DNA of 64,000 nucleotides from Acidimicrobiales bacterium (GTDB lineage: Bacteria > Actinomycetota > Acidimicrobiia > Acidimicrobiales > Aldehydirespiratoraceae). Where the stretch lies: positions 3,887,262 through 3,951,261 of the forward strand of contig OZ220743.1 of assembly GCA_965116965.1 (NCBI GenBank), written 5' to 3'. The notes beneath the pieces were generated by a model, which was not told the DNA's origin, did no database searches, and saw only the letters and a list, made by a program, of their open reading frames with translations. Of this stretch, positions 33,107 to 48,292 are shown piece after piece. Position 1 is the first letter of the stretch, and each line of letters begins with the position of its first letter. The position numbers and the translations under genes were made by a program.

Positions 33107-33121
33107 TTAGTCATTGACTAA
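33107..33121. promoter_or_regulatory. Perfect palindrome TTAGTCA-T-TGACTAA in an AT-rich patch upstream of the TA operon (candidate operator/promoter)
   Basis: 7-bp arms with a 1-nt spacer. Adjacent TCATTTTTATGA palindrome. The patch is strongly AT-rich compared with the genome. Confidence 0.45.
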
Positions 33122-34251
33122 TGGCAGCACCATATGTTGGGTCCCCATCTGTTGGGTGGCTGCCGCGCCAGAACACCTGCCGAGCAGCGCCCCGCCGAAT
33201 ACTGCGGGTCTATCTCTCGCTGTCGAGCGTTGGCTCTAGGTCGTACAGGTTGAACTCTGCGAGCCGGTCGATGACGTCTAGGCAGCGGACTCTCGTGTCT
33301 TGGTCTCCCTGGCGGTAGATGCGCAGCACCACCGTTGTAAGGTGGAGGCCAGCTAGAGAACTGGATGTCGATGGGTCTGCGAGGCCGGCTCCGGTGATCT
33401 CGACGACGCGTTCGCATGCGGTGATGGCGTTGGACGGCATCTCGGCTGACACGGTCGTCGGTGCCCATCCTGTCGCGTCGTCTGCGCAGCGTTTCTGCGA
33501 GGGCTTGAAGCGACGATGCGGCGCGTTTGCCGTACACCATCGCGGCGAGAATTCGGCCATCCGGGGGGAAGTACAGCCGCACGAGTTCCTGGGCGTCGTC
33601 GTAGGCGTTCTGCTCCACAGAGTTGAGGCTCACCTTGACGTTGTGCGCCTCGCGGTCCTTGAACAGTCGGCTTCGGGAGTCGTAGTCGACCAACTGCTCC
33701 TTCATCCTCCGCAGGAAGTGCAGCGGCCCCGGCCTCAGCCTCGCCGCGGCCGGGGTGCGCTTGCGGGCGTCGGGGCGCTTGGTGGTGGGGAATAGGCCCG
33801 GATCGACCAGGTGCAGTAACTCCCGGAAGTACCACTCGTCGCCGCGGTGGGGCGTCGCGGTCAAGAACAGCGCATGAGGCACCGACTCGGACAGTTCTCG
33901 ACCGACACGGTGGTAGGTCTTGGCGGTGGGAGTGAGGCGGTGCGCCTCATCGAAGATCACCGCGTCCCAGCCGACGTTATTGGGCCAGAGCGCCTCACGC
34001 ACAGCGGCGTTCTGCGCGGCGAGGTCCAAAGACACCACCCACAAGTCCGCGTCGGGCACTGCCAGTCCCTGCTCGCGGATCGTCGACATGGTCACCTCGC
34101 GCATCCCGCCGCCAGCCGCGGGAACCGCCGCGTCGATGACGAACATCTGGTCTTCACCGGGGAGTCGAACGCGAGCGCCGCGAGGGAGGCTCAGGGCCGC
34201 ATCTTCCGAGGTCACTGCGGGTCCCACAGGCATTGGGTGGTTTTCTTGCAT
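33118..34251 (-). pseudogene. SNF2/RapA-type helicase remnant (truncated and frameshifted)
   Basis: Contains motif II AVIFDEAHRL, motif III LFLTATPHRGD and WYFRELLHLVDPGLF. No motif I (GxGKT) upstream. The C-terminal third degenerates into Arg/Pro-rich nonsense, while a second frame (33210..33560) carries more protein-like sequence. Confidence 0.6.
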
Positions 34252-34377
34252 ACGACAGCGACACGACCTGTAGCCCCGAAGGACCAGCGGCGGAGCAGCC
34301 CGGTTGAGGATCTATCCTGCCGTCGAGCCGAGCAGCGCTCTGCCGACGGAGGGCTGCCCAACCGCACAGGAGCGGCC

Positions 34378-35065
34378 GTGAGTCTCGCAAACCCCGAGTT
34401 GGCGCTTGCCAAGGCGCAAGAGTTCCGAGCGATTCTCACGCCGCGCTCAGACGAATCACGCATCTCCGACCCTGAGCTAGCGACAGCGAAACTGCGGGGG
34501 ATGCTGCCGCTGATGCGCGATATCGCGGAGAAGGTTACCCGACGGTTTCACTGGGTCAGGGAAGGACCGCGGCTACGAGCGGAAGCTGTCAACCTCATCG
34601 AAGAGCATGTCGCGGTGGCCGCGGTTCTGGCCCACCGCGCCGGACGGACCGCACAGGTACAGGCCCGCGCCAGGGTTCTTGGCGGTCTCATTGAGGATCT
34701 CGCGCGCGACGGCGTTGACCACCTCATTATTGAGTCTCGCAGACCGCGCGACGACGGCCGAGACCGCTCCGTGCTCCTAGGAGAGTGATGAGCAGCTCCC
34801 AAATCGCGCAAATCTCAACTGCAAAACCCCAGGTCAGAGGCTTGCATGCTGCTCCAAAATCGCATTACTCAACAGTCTCCTAGACACCCGTCGCACGAGC
34901 GCCGCGACCTTTAGCTACGACTGGCGGACAAAGGCTGAACCACTTCTGTGGTATGCCGACGCGTTGGCCGGGGTTGCCCGCGAACAACTCACGCTCGGAG
35001 TGTCCGAGGACTTCCGTTCCCTCCAAGACGCACACATCCTCAAAGACATCCGCTACGTCGTCTGA
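34378..35065 (+). pseudogene. Frameshifted hypothetical gene (about 229 aa if repaired)
   Basis: GGAG RBS plus GTG at 34378. Frame 1 stops at 34786..34788. A +1 frame is open from 34781 to the TGA at 35063 and ends ...KAEPLLWYADALAGVAREQL...IRYVV. Confidence 0.5.
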
Positions 35066-35291
35066 CCCCCGAGGCATGCGTAAGCCCCGGGTCCCGTCCT
35101 AGGCGATCCATCCAGGATCCTCGGACTGGCCCTCCGGGGCTCGCGACTTCAACCCAGAACAGCACTGGGATGCCCCACCATTATGAGCCCTCGCCAACAC
35201 GAAGTCAACCCCGGTCGGCCGAAGTCTGGAGACGCTGGGCGGTGGACTCGATCCTCCGCGGGCCTGGTTCGCTGCTGCCGGGGCGGCGCGT

Positions 35292-35762
35292 CTACCAGCG
35301 GTAGTGCGCGAAGGCCTTGTTCGACTCGGCCATCTTCTGCAGGTCCTCGCGCCGCTTCACCGACGCGCCCACCCCGTTGCCTGCGTCGAGCAGCTCGTTG
35401 GCCAAGCGTTCGGCCATGGTGTGCTCCCGGCGGCCACGGGCGTACGAGACGATCCAGCGGACTGCGAGCGTGGTGGCGCGGCGGGGTCTGACCTCCACCG
35501 GCACCTGGTAGGTGGCGCCGCCCACCCGCCGGCTGCGCACCTCGAGCTGGGGACGGACGTTGTCGACGGCCCGCTTGAGGGTGGACACGGGCTCGGCGCC
35601 CGTCTTGTCCTCCACGATGGTCATGGCGTCGTAGACGATGCGCTCGGCCAGGGAGCGCTTGCCCCGTTGCAGCACCTTGTTGATCACCTGCGTCACGAGA
35701 AGCGAGCGGTAGATCGGGTCGGGCTGGAGCTCGCGGCGCGCGGCCGGTCCCTTGCGCGGCAT
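35292..35762 (-). CDS. rpsG: 30S ribosomal protein S7
   Basis: 156 aa. [18 protein letters not shown] and a C-terminal AFAHYRW. Confidence 0.97.
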   Translation of the reverse strand: MPRKGPAARRELQPDPIYRSLLVTQVINKVLQRGKRSLAERIVYDAMTIVEDKTGAEPVSTLKRAVDNVRPQLEVRSRRVGGATYQVPVEVRPRRATTLAVRWIVSYARGRREHTMAERLANELLDAGNGVGASVKRREDLQKMAESNKAFAHYRW

Positions 35763-35813
35763 TCTCAGGCGCTCCTACTCGCGTGGCAACGGCCGACGGA
35801 CTGGCGCGGCACG

Positions 35814-36185
35814 TCAGGATTCCTTCTTGACGCCGTAGCGGCTGCGAGCCTTCTTGCGCTCGCGCACTCCGGCGGTGTCGAGCGTCCCTCGCACGACCTT
35901 GTAGCGCACGCCGGGCAGGTCCCTCACCCGGCCGCCCCGCACCAGCACGATGGAGTGCTCCTGGAGGTTGTGACCCTCGCCCGGTATGTAGGCGGTGATC
36001 TCGATGCCGGTGGTGAGCCGGACGCGGGCCACCTTGCGAAGGGCGGAGTTCGGCTTCTTGGGGGTGGCCGTATAGACCCGGGTGCACACGCCTCGACGCT
36101 GCGGCGCTCCCTGCAGAGCGGGCGTCGATTCCTTGCGACGCTTCGATTGCCGGCCCTTGCGGACCAGCTGCTGGATCGTGGGCAT
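35814..36185 (-). CDS. rpsL: 30S ribosomal protein S12
   Basis: 123 aa. [13 protein letters not shown] and [17 protein letters not shown]. Confidence 0.98.
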   Translation of the reverse strand: MPTIQQLVRKGRQSKRRKESTPALQGAPQRRGVCTRVYTATPKKPNSALRKVARVRLTTGIEITAYIPGEGHNLQEHSIVLVRGGRVRDLPGVRYKVVRGTLDTAGVRERKKARSRYGVKKES

Positions 36186-36249
36186 TATCGGGGTCGTTCC
36201 TCGGTCGTAATGGGACGGCGCAGTCTAGGGCCGCCTGCGCCCGGTTCCT

Positions 36250-40191
<3,942 letters not shown>

Positions 40192-40313
40192 TCCGTCTCC
40201 TCATCGTGCGTTCTCGTAGTGCGTCCGTGCGGGCACTCGTCGGGGGTCTTGTCGTGCGTTCTCGTAGCGTTGGGTGGTTGCGTTCCGTCGGTTCCGGGTG
40301 GTTGCCTGCCGGC

Positions 40314-43895
<3,582 letters not shown>

Positions 43896-44119
43896 GTGAT
43901 ACTCCCGAGGGCAGGCTGATCTGATTTCATGCGGTCTTGCGCGCGCGCAAGACGAAGAAGGAGTTAGCCACGGGAGCCGCCCTCCCAGCGCGCACAGACG
44001 ACCACGGTGGGCGGAATGCTAGCCCGCGACGAAGCCGGCCGCAACCACCCCGGCGATTCGGTCAGCAACAGACCATAGTTGATGAAGTCAGGCGCGTCTG
44101 TACCGGCGGTTCGTGACTC

Positions 44120-44156
44120 CCGCTCCTGTTCGCTGCGCTCACGGGCCGCTCGGGCC
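44120..44156 (+). repeat. Dispersed repeat, copy B (37 nt, 1 mismatch, 3' part diverged)
   Basis: CCGCTCCTGTTCGCTGCGCTCACGGGCCGCTCGGGCC. Overlaps and supplies the stop codon plus the last residues (AGPSGP*) of the 44139..44567 gene. Confidence 0.8.
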
Positions 44157-44567
44157 GGCGAGCAGAGCGATCCAGATGGAGACAGTGGCCAAGACGATGG
44201 TGGACACGGTCATGTAGAGGTGCCTGGCCCGGCCCTTGACGAGCTCGGCCTGGCTCTTGACGAGCTCGGCCTGGGCCGTGACGAGCTCGGCCTGACTCTT
44301 GACGAGCTCGGAGTGTCTCTCAGAGAAGGCCTCGATGATCTTGGCCCGCTCCTTGGTCGCCTCAGCGAAAGCACTCGTGACCTCGACCCTGAACTCGGCG
44401 AGGGCGACGGTGAATGTGGCTGCGAGGACTTGAAGGTCGTCCTTGGTGGCCATGCTGTCCCAGCCGCCGGGGGGCAGCTGCTGCATGAGGGTCTCAGCGT
44501 CTTCTGTGCCCATCAGATCTGCCAGTGTGTCGAACAGCGACGCTCGCTGTGCCTGGGTCGTCGCCAC
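44139..44567 (-). CDS. Coiled-coil protein with C-terminal membrane anchor (DUF1640-like pattern), internal heptad repeats
   Basis: 142 aa. MATKDDLQVL... followed by ELVKSQAELVTAQAELVKSQAELVKG. C-terminal TM segment TVSTIVLATVSIWIALLAG. Confidence 0.6.
   Translation of the reverse strand: MATTQAQRASLFDTLADLMGTEDAETLMQQLPPGGWDSMATKDDLQVLAATFTVALAEFRVEVTSAFAEATKERAKIIEAFSERHSELVKSQAELVTAQAELVKSQAELVKGRARHLYMTVSTIVLATVSIWIALLAGPSGP
44235..44318. repeat. 21-nt tandem repeat x4 (in frame, inside the coiled-coil gene)
   Basis: Units start at 44235, 44256, 44277 and 44298: CTTGACGAGCTCGGCCTGGCT and variants. Confidence 0.9.
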
Positions 44568-44929
44568 TTCGGGCTCCCGTCTACTCGTGTGTCTCGATTA
44601 GTCGGGAGCCGTCGACAGCTCCGATAGTGCCCGGCTAAGCGGTGCCAAGCTTACAATGACAATAGCATCCAGTTGATGCAATTTCAACCAGCTTGGTCGT
44701 CCGTGGCACTGTCTCTTGCTGGAACAGACAAGAGAATACCCAATTCCTGAGCCAAGTGGGCTCTCATGTCGGACAGTGATTGAACAGACATGTTCATCCA
44801 TAACATAGCGATTTCTGCATGAGAACTGCAGTGGCGCCTGGAGTCTGGGGCACGGTCAGGCAACGGTCGGGGTGTGATTGAGGTGTGGAGGTGGGCGGCC
44901 GTCGGAGTTCGATAGGGTGAACTGGCATC

Positions 44930-46177
44930 ATGAGTTGGGTGCGTCGAAAGCGCCGTGAAGTGGCCCGTCCGGTGGTGGGTGCTGTGGGCGTGCTGCGGGA
45001 GCGTGTCAGCATTCAGGCGCACCTGGCTCACTGCGAGCTGCGTTTGAGGCTCACAACCCGCCCCGACCAGACGGCTCGCCTCGAGTTGCTTGAGATTCTG
45101 CATGAGTACTGGCGGGCCGGAAGGTTTCCTCGCAACACTGCGGCCGGCGGCCGGCGGCCGGTCTTCATAGACGACTCGGGAACCCATTGCGCTGTCGGGT
45201 ACTTGATGGCATGCACTGGCGCGGGCCGTGTCGCGCGGGAGTTGGACCGCCGTGACCGTTTCGTCCTTCTTGAGGACTTGCCCTCCGCGTTGGATCCGCG
45301 ACTGCGGCGTTGGCTTGACAAGCACCAGTTGAGCCGCGAGGAGGCTGCCCTGATCCAGCCCGGATACGGCCCCTGCGGAATGGCCGGATGGAACTGCGAC
45401 GGTTACGTCCACGCTGGAACGGCGGCGACGGACACGATGGTCGCGGCCGCGTCGCTGGTGGTGAGCCTCGGTTTGCTGGCGCCGGCGGTGCTGCTGGTGT
45501 GGATGGCTCGCAGAGGCTGGGCGACCAAGGCGCTGCGGGTTCTTCAGAATTGGTGGTGGCTGCTACTGGCAGTCGTGGTGACGTTTCCGCTGGCCGGGGC
45601 CACTCTATACGGGGAGTCACGGGAGTTGCAGTTGGTATGGGAAGCAGCCATGTGGATGCTGTCGGGTCTGGTCGTTTCGCTGGTCGTGATACGGCTTTGG
45701 CGCTGGGGGCAGCAGCGTCCCATGATCGGATTCGATGAGGGCGCAGGCATGTACAAGCATCAGGCGCGGGCGTTGTTCATGGTCTTGGCTGCGATGCTGT
45801 TCTGGGACGTCGCCCTGCCCGACGGCAGCGGTCAGGCAATGCCGACGGTCCGCAGGTGGCACGTGGACATCCTCGTGTTGCCGGCGCTACCCCTGCTATG
45901 GGCGCATCAGTCACTTCAGCGGTGTAGCCGACGTATCGGTCTCTCGGTTGTGGCGGCCTTCGCTGTGTGTGCTGCGGTTCTGACGGTCGTGCTGCCCTCG
46001 CCCCTGCACGCCGCCGCCACACTGCGTCCCGGCGACCGCATTGTTGTCTGTTCGTCAACGGCGGGCCCTGTGTGCGTGGAGAACGGCAACGAAGGCACTC
46101 CGCCTCGCCTATTCAAGCTGTCAGCGTGGAAGACTTTCGACGAACATACGCACTCAGACCAAGAGAACCCCGAATAG
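44930..46177 (+). CDS. Hypothetical polytopic membrane protein with a soluble N-terminal domain
   Basis: 415 aa. N-terminal LLEILHEYWRAGRFPRN...PVFIDDSGTHCAVGYLM, followed by at least 6 hydrophobic segments. Preceded by a patch of about 350 nt with much lower GC (about 45% in one hand-counted line). Confidence 0.55.
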   Translation: MSWVRRKRREVARPVVGAVGVLRERVSIQAHLAHCELRLRLTTRPDQTARLELLEILHEYWRAGRFPRNTAAGGRRPVFIDDSGTHCAVGYLMACTGAGRVARELDRRDRFVLLEDLPSALDPRLRRWLDKHQLSREEAALIQPGYGPCGMAGWNCDGYVHAGTAATDTMVAAASLVVSLGLLAPAVLLVWMARRGWATKALRVLQNWWWLLLAVVVTFPLAGATLYGESRELQLVWEAAMWMLSGLVVSLVVIRLWRWGQQRPMIGFDEGAGMYKHQARALFMVLAAMLFWDVALPDGSGQAMPTVRRWHVDILVLPALPLLWAHQSLQRCSRRIGLSVVAAFAVCAAVLTVVLPSPLHAAATLRPGDRIVVCSSTAGPVCVENGNEGTPPRLFKLSAWKTFDEHTHSDQENPE

Positions 46178-46274
46178 CGCCGCCTCGATCACTTGCCGAC
46201 GCGCCCAGGGGGCGGTGTGTCCTCCTCGATAATGAGCGCAATCTTGCACAGTACGGCGTACCAGCGAGGCGGGG

Positions 46275-47072
46275 TCAGGCGCGCAGGAGGGCGCGAACGG
46301 CCGCCAGTTCCGGGGCCTCCATGCCTGCGGCGACCAGGTAGCCGGCCGCGCCTCCCCAGCGGTCGTGCAGGCCCTCCAGGGTGGCCGACATCACGGCGGG
46401 ACGGGCCTCCCACAACGGCGCGAACCCGGCCGGGTCGAGGCCGTAGTCCTTGAGCACGGGGACCAGCGACCTGGCCTCGGTCTGGTCCTTCTGGAGGCTG
46501 GGACGCCGCTCCGACGACAGCGCGTAGTCGGCCACGATGTGCTCGGCGGCGACCCCGGCGAGGTCCAGCAGGAGCATGCAGGCCACACCGGTGCGGTCCT
46601 TGCCCGCGGTGCAGTGGACCACCACCGGCTCGCCTTGGGCCACCTGCCGCACAATGCGGGCGAACGACGGACCGAAGTTCTGCAGGATCCGCACGTATCC
46701 CGCCACCATCTCGGCCTCGCCGTAGAACTTGATCTCTCCCTCAACTATGCGCTCATAGATCGTCCGGGCCTGGAACGTCTCGTCGCTGGTCATCGCGAGC
46801 CTGGTGTAGGACGCGCCCGCGGGCAGCCGGTCGGGAAATTCGGCCGCCTCGGCCTCCGAACGCAGGTCGAGAACGTGACGGATGCCGGAGTTCTCGAGGC
46901 GCCGCAGGTCGGCGTCGCTGAGCGTGCACAGCCGGTCGGCCCGGTACACGAGACCGGACCGCGTCGATCCCCCGCCGGCGATGGGCAGGCCGCCGAGATC
47001 GCGGAAGTTGCTGGGGCCGTCGAGGTCCAAGCGTCGCTGCATCGGTTGACCGGCGGCCTGTCCGCTCGGCAT
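46275..47072 (-). CDS. Protein-tyrosine phosphatase family protein (CX5R, Y_phosphatase3-like)
   Basis: 265 aa from MPSGQAAGQPMQRRLDLDGPSNFRDLGG. Active site is VVHCTAGKDRTG. The ORF-track N-terminal extension overlaps rplL and was trimmed. Confidence 0.8.
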   Translation of the reverse strand: MPSGQAAGQPMQRRLDLDGPSNFRDLGGLPIAGGGSTRSGLVYRADRLCTLSDADLRRLENSGIRHVLDLRSEAEAAEFPDRLPAGASYTRLAMTSDETFQARTIYERIVEGEIKFYGEAEMVAGYVRILQNFGPSFARIVRQVAQGEPVVVHCTAGKDRTGVACMLLLDLAGVAAEHIVADYALSSERRPSLQKDQTEARSLVPVLKDYGLDPAGFAPLWEARPAVMSATLEGLHDRWGGAAGYLVAAGMEAPELAAVRALLRA

Positions 47073-47088
47073 CTGGTTCCGCTCTTGT

Positions 47089-47135
47089 TCGCTGCGCTCA
47101 CGGGCCGCTCGGGCCACGGCCTCGCAAGCTCGGCC
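47089..47135 (+). repeat. 47-nt dispersed repeat, copy C
   Basis: Identical over 47 nt to the reverse complement of 7369..7415. Starts 1 nt downstream of the rplL stop codon and lies upstream of the phosphatase start. Confidence 0.9.
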
Positions 47136-47136
47136 T

Positions 47137-47520
47137 CTAGACCAGCTCCACCTCGGCGCCGACTGCCTCCAGCGCGGCCTTGGCCTTCTCGGCATCGTCC
47201 TTGGCGAGGCCTTCCAGCACCGGCTTGGGGGCGTTGTCGACCAGCTCCTTGGCCTCCTTGAGACCGAGAGAGGTGAGGCTGCGCACCTCCTTGATCACCT
47301 GGATCTTCTTGTCGCCGACGGCCGAGAGGACGACGTCGAAGGAGTCCTTGGCCTCCTCGTCCTCTGCGCCCGCATCACCGGCTGCAGGAGCCGCGACCGC
47401 GACCGCGGCCGGTGGGGCTGCAGTCACTTCGAAGCGCTCCTCGAACTCCTTGAGCAACTCGCTCAGTTCGAGCACTGTCATCTGTGAGATCGAGTCGAGG
47501 ATCTCTTCCTTGGTTGCCAT
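47137..47520 (-). CDS. rplL: 50S ribosomal protein L7/L12
   Basis: 127 aa. [24 protein letters not shown] and [21 protein letters not shown]. Confidence 0.97.
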   Translation of the reverse strand: MATKEEILDSISQMTVLELSELLKEFEERFEVTAAPPAAVAVAAPAAGDAGAEDEEAKDSFDVVLSAVGDKKIQVIKEVRSLTSLGLKEAKELVDNAPKPVLEGLAKDDAEKAKAALEAVGAEVELV

Positions 47521-47522
47521 GG

Positions 47523-48140
47523 TCAGGCCTCCTGTTCTTCGGATGTCTGGTCTGTGCCGGATGTCTGGTCCGCTCCGGATGTCTGGTCCGCGCCGCCGGC
47601 CGGGCCGCCTGTGTCGATGAGCGCCTGGAGTCCGTAGGCGAAGTTGCGGGGCAGGGCCTGCAACAGTCCGGCGAGCTTCACCAGGGGCGCGCTGAACGCG
47701 CCAGCGACCTGGGCGAGCAGCAGGTCGCGGGAGGGAAGGTCGGCCAGGGAGACCAGGTCCTCGGCGCTGAGCACCTTGTCCCCCAGCAGTCCTCCCTTGA
47801 GCACGAGGGCGCGGTTGGAGCGCGAGAAGTCCCTCAGGGCCTTGGCCACCGCAGCCGCGTCGCTCGCGGCCCCGTCGGCGCGGGCGCCCACGAAAGCGAT
47901 CGCGGTCGGGCCGGTGAGCAGGTGGGCCACATCGACGCCCAGCTCGGCGGTGGCCAAGCGGACCATCGTGTTCTTGTAGATCGTGTACTCCCCGCCGGCA
48001 GCGCGCAGCGACCGGCGCAGCGCGGCCATCTCACCGACGTTCAGCCCGCGGTACTCGGTCAGCAGGACCGCGTCGCTGGCCGCCAGCCGATCACGCACTT
48101 CGGCGACGACGGCCGCCTTCTCTGGCCTAGGGACTGTCAT
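47523..48140 (-). CDS. rplJ: 50S ribosomal protein L10 with repeat-containing C-terminal tail
   Basis: 205 aa from [15 protein letters not shown]. The C-terminus carries [23 protein letters not shown]. Confidence 0.94.
   Translation of the reverse strand: MTVPRPEKAAVVAEVRDRLAASDAVLLTEYRGLNVGEMAALRRSLRAAGGEYTIYKNTMVRLATAELGVDVAHLLTGPTAIAFVGARADGAASDAAAVAKALRDFSRSNRALVLKGGLLGDKVLSAEDLVSLADLPSRDLLLAQVAGAFSAPLVKLAGLLQALPRNFAYGLQALIDTGGPAGGADQTSGADQTSGTDQTSEEQEA
47541..47594. repeat. 18-nt tandem repeat x3 (in frame, at the 3' end of rplJ)
   Basis: GGATGTCTGGTC(TGTGCC/CGCTCC/CGCGCC) units at 47541, 47559 and 47577. Confidence 0.9.
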
Positions 48141-48292
48141 TGGTGCCTTCCTCGTCCGGCGGGCCTGCCGGCCCATTGGTGCTCCCCGCGGAGCGCACCG
48201 GATGTCTCAGGTGAGCGCGGTCTGGATACGGGAGTATACGGGTCTAGTCGGAATACGGGGCTAGTGGATGTCGGAACCGGTCGATATGCGGT
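48141..48292 (-). promoter_or_regulatory. rplA-rplJ spacer; candidate L10 autoregulatory leader
   Basis: 152-nt spacer at the position where L10(L12)4-binding leaders occur. Internal repeats (mRNA sense): CCCGTAT x3 and CCGACTAGACC x2. The structure was not verified. Confidence 0.3.

Noticed and set aside
33847-34377. First two-thirds of the 313-aa plus-strand ORF 33847..34788
   Set aside because: This part is antisense to the SNF2 helicase remnant and looks like shadow sequence. Only the segment after the GGAG-GTG at 34378 looks genuine.
47073-47195. N-terminal extension of the phosphatase ORF overlapping rplL and the 47-nt repeat
   Set aside because: The extension is Arg/Trp-rich, overlaps the rplL 3' end and reads through the dispersed repeat. 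The phosphatase family alignment begins near MQRRLDLDGPSNFRDLGG.
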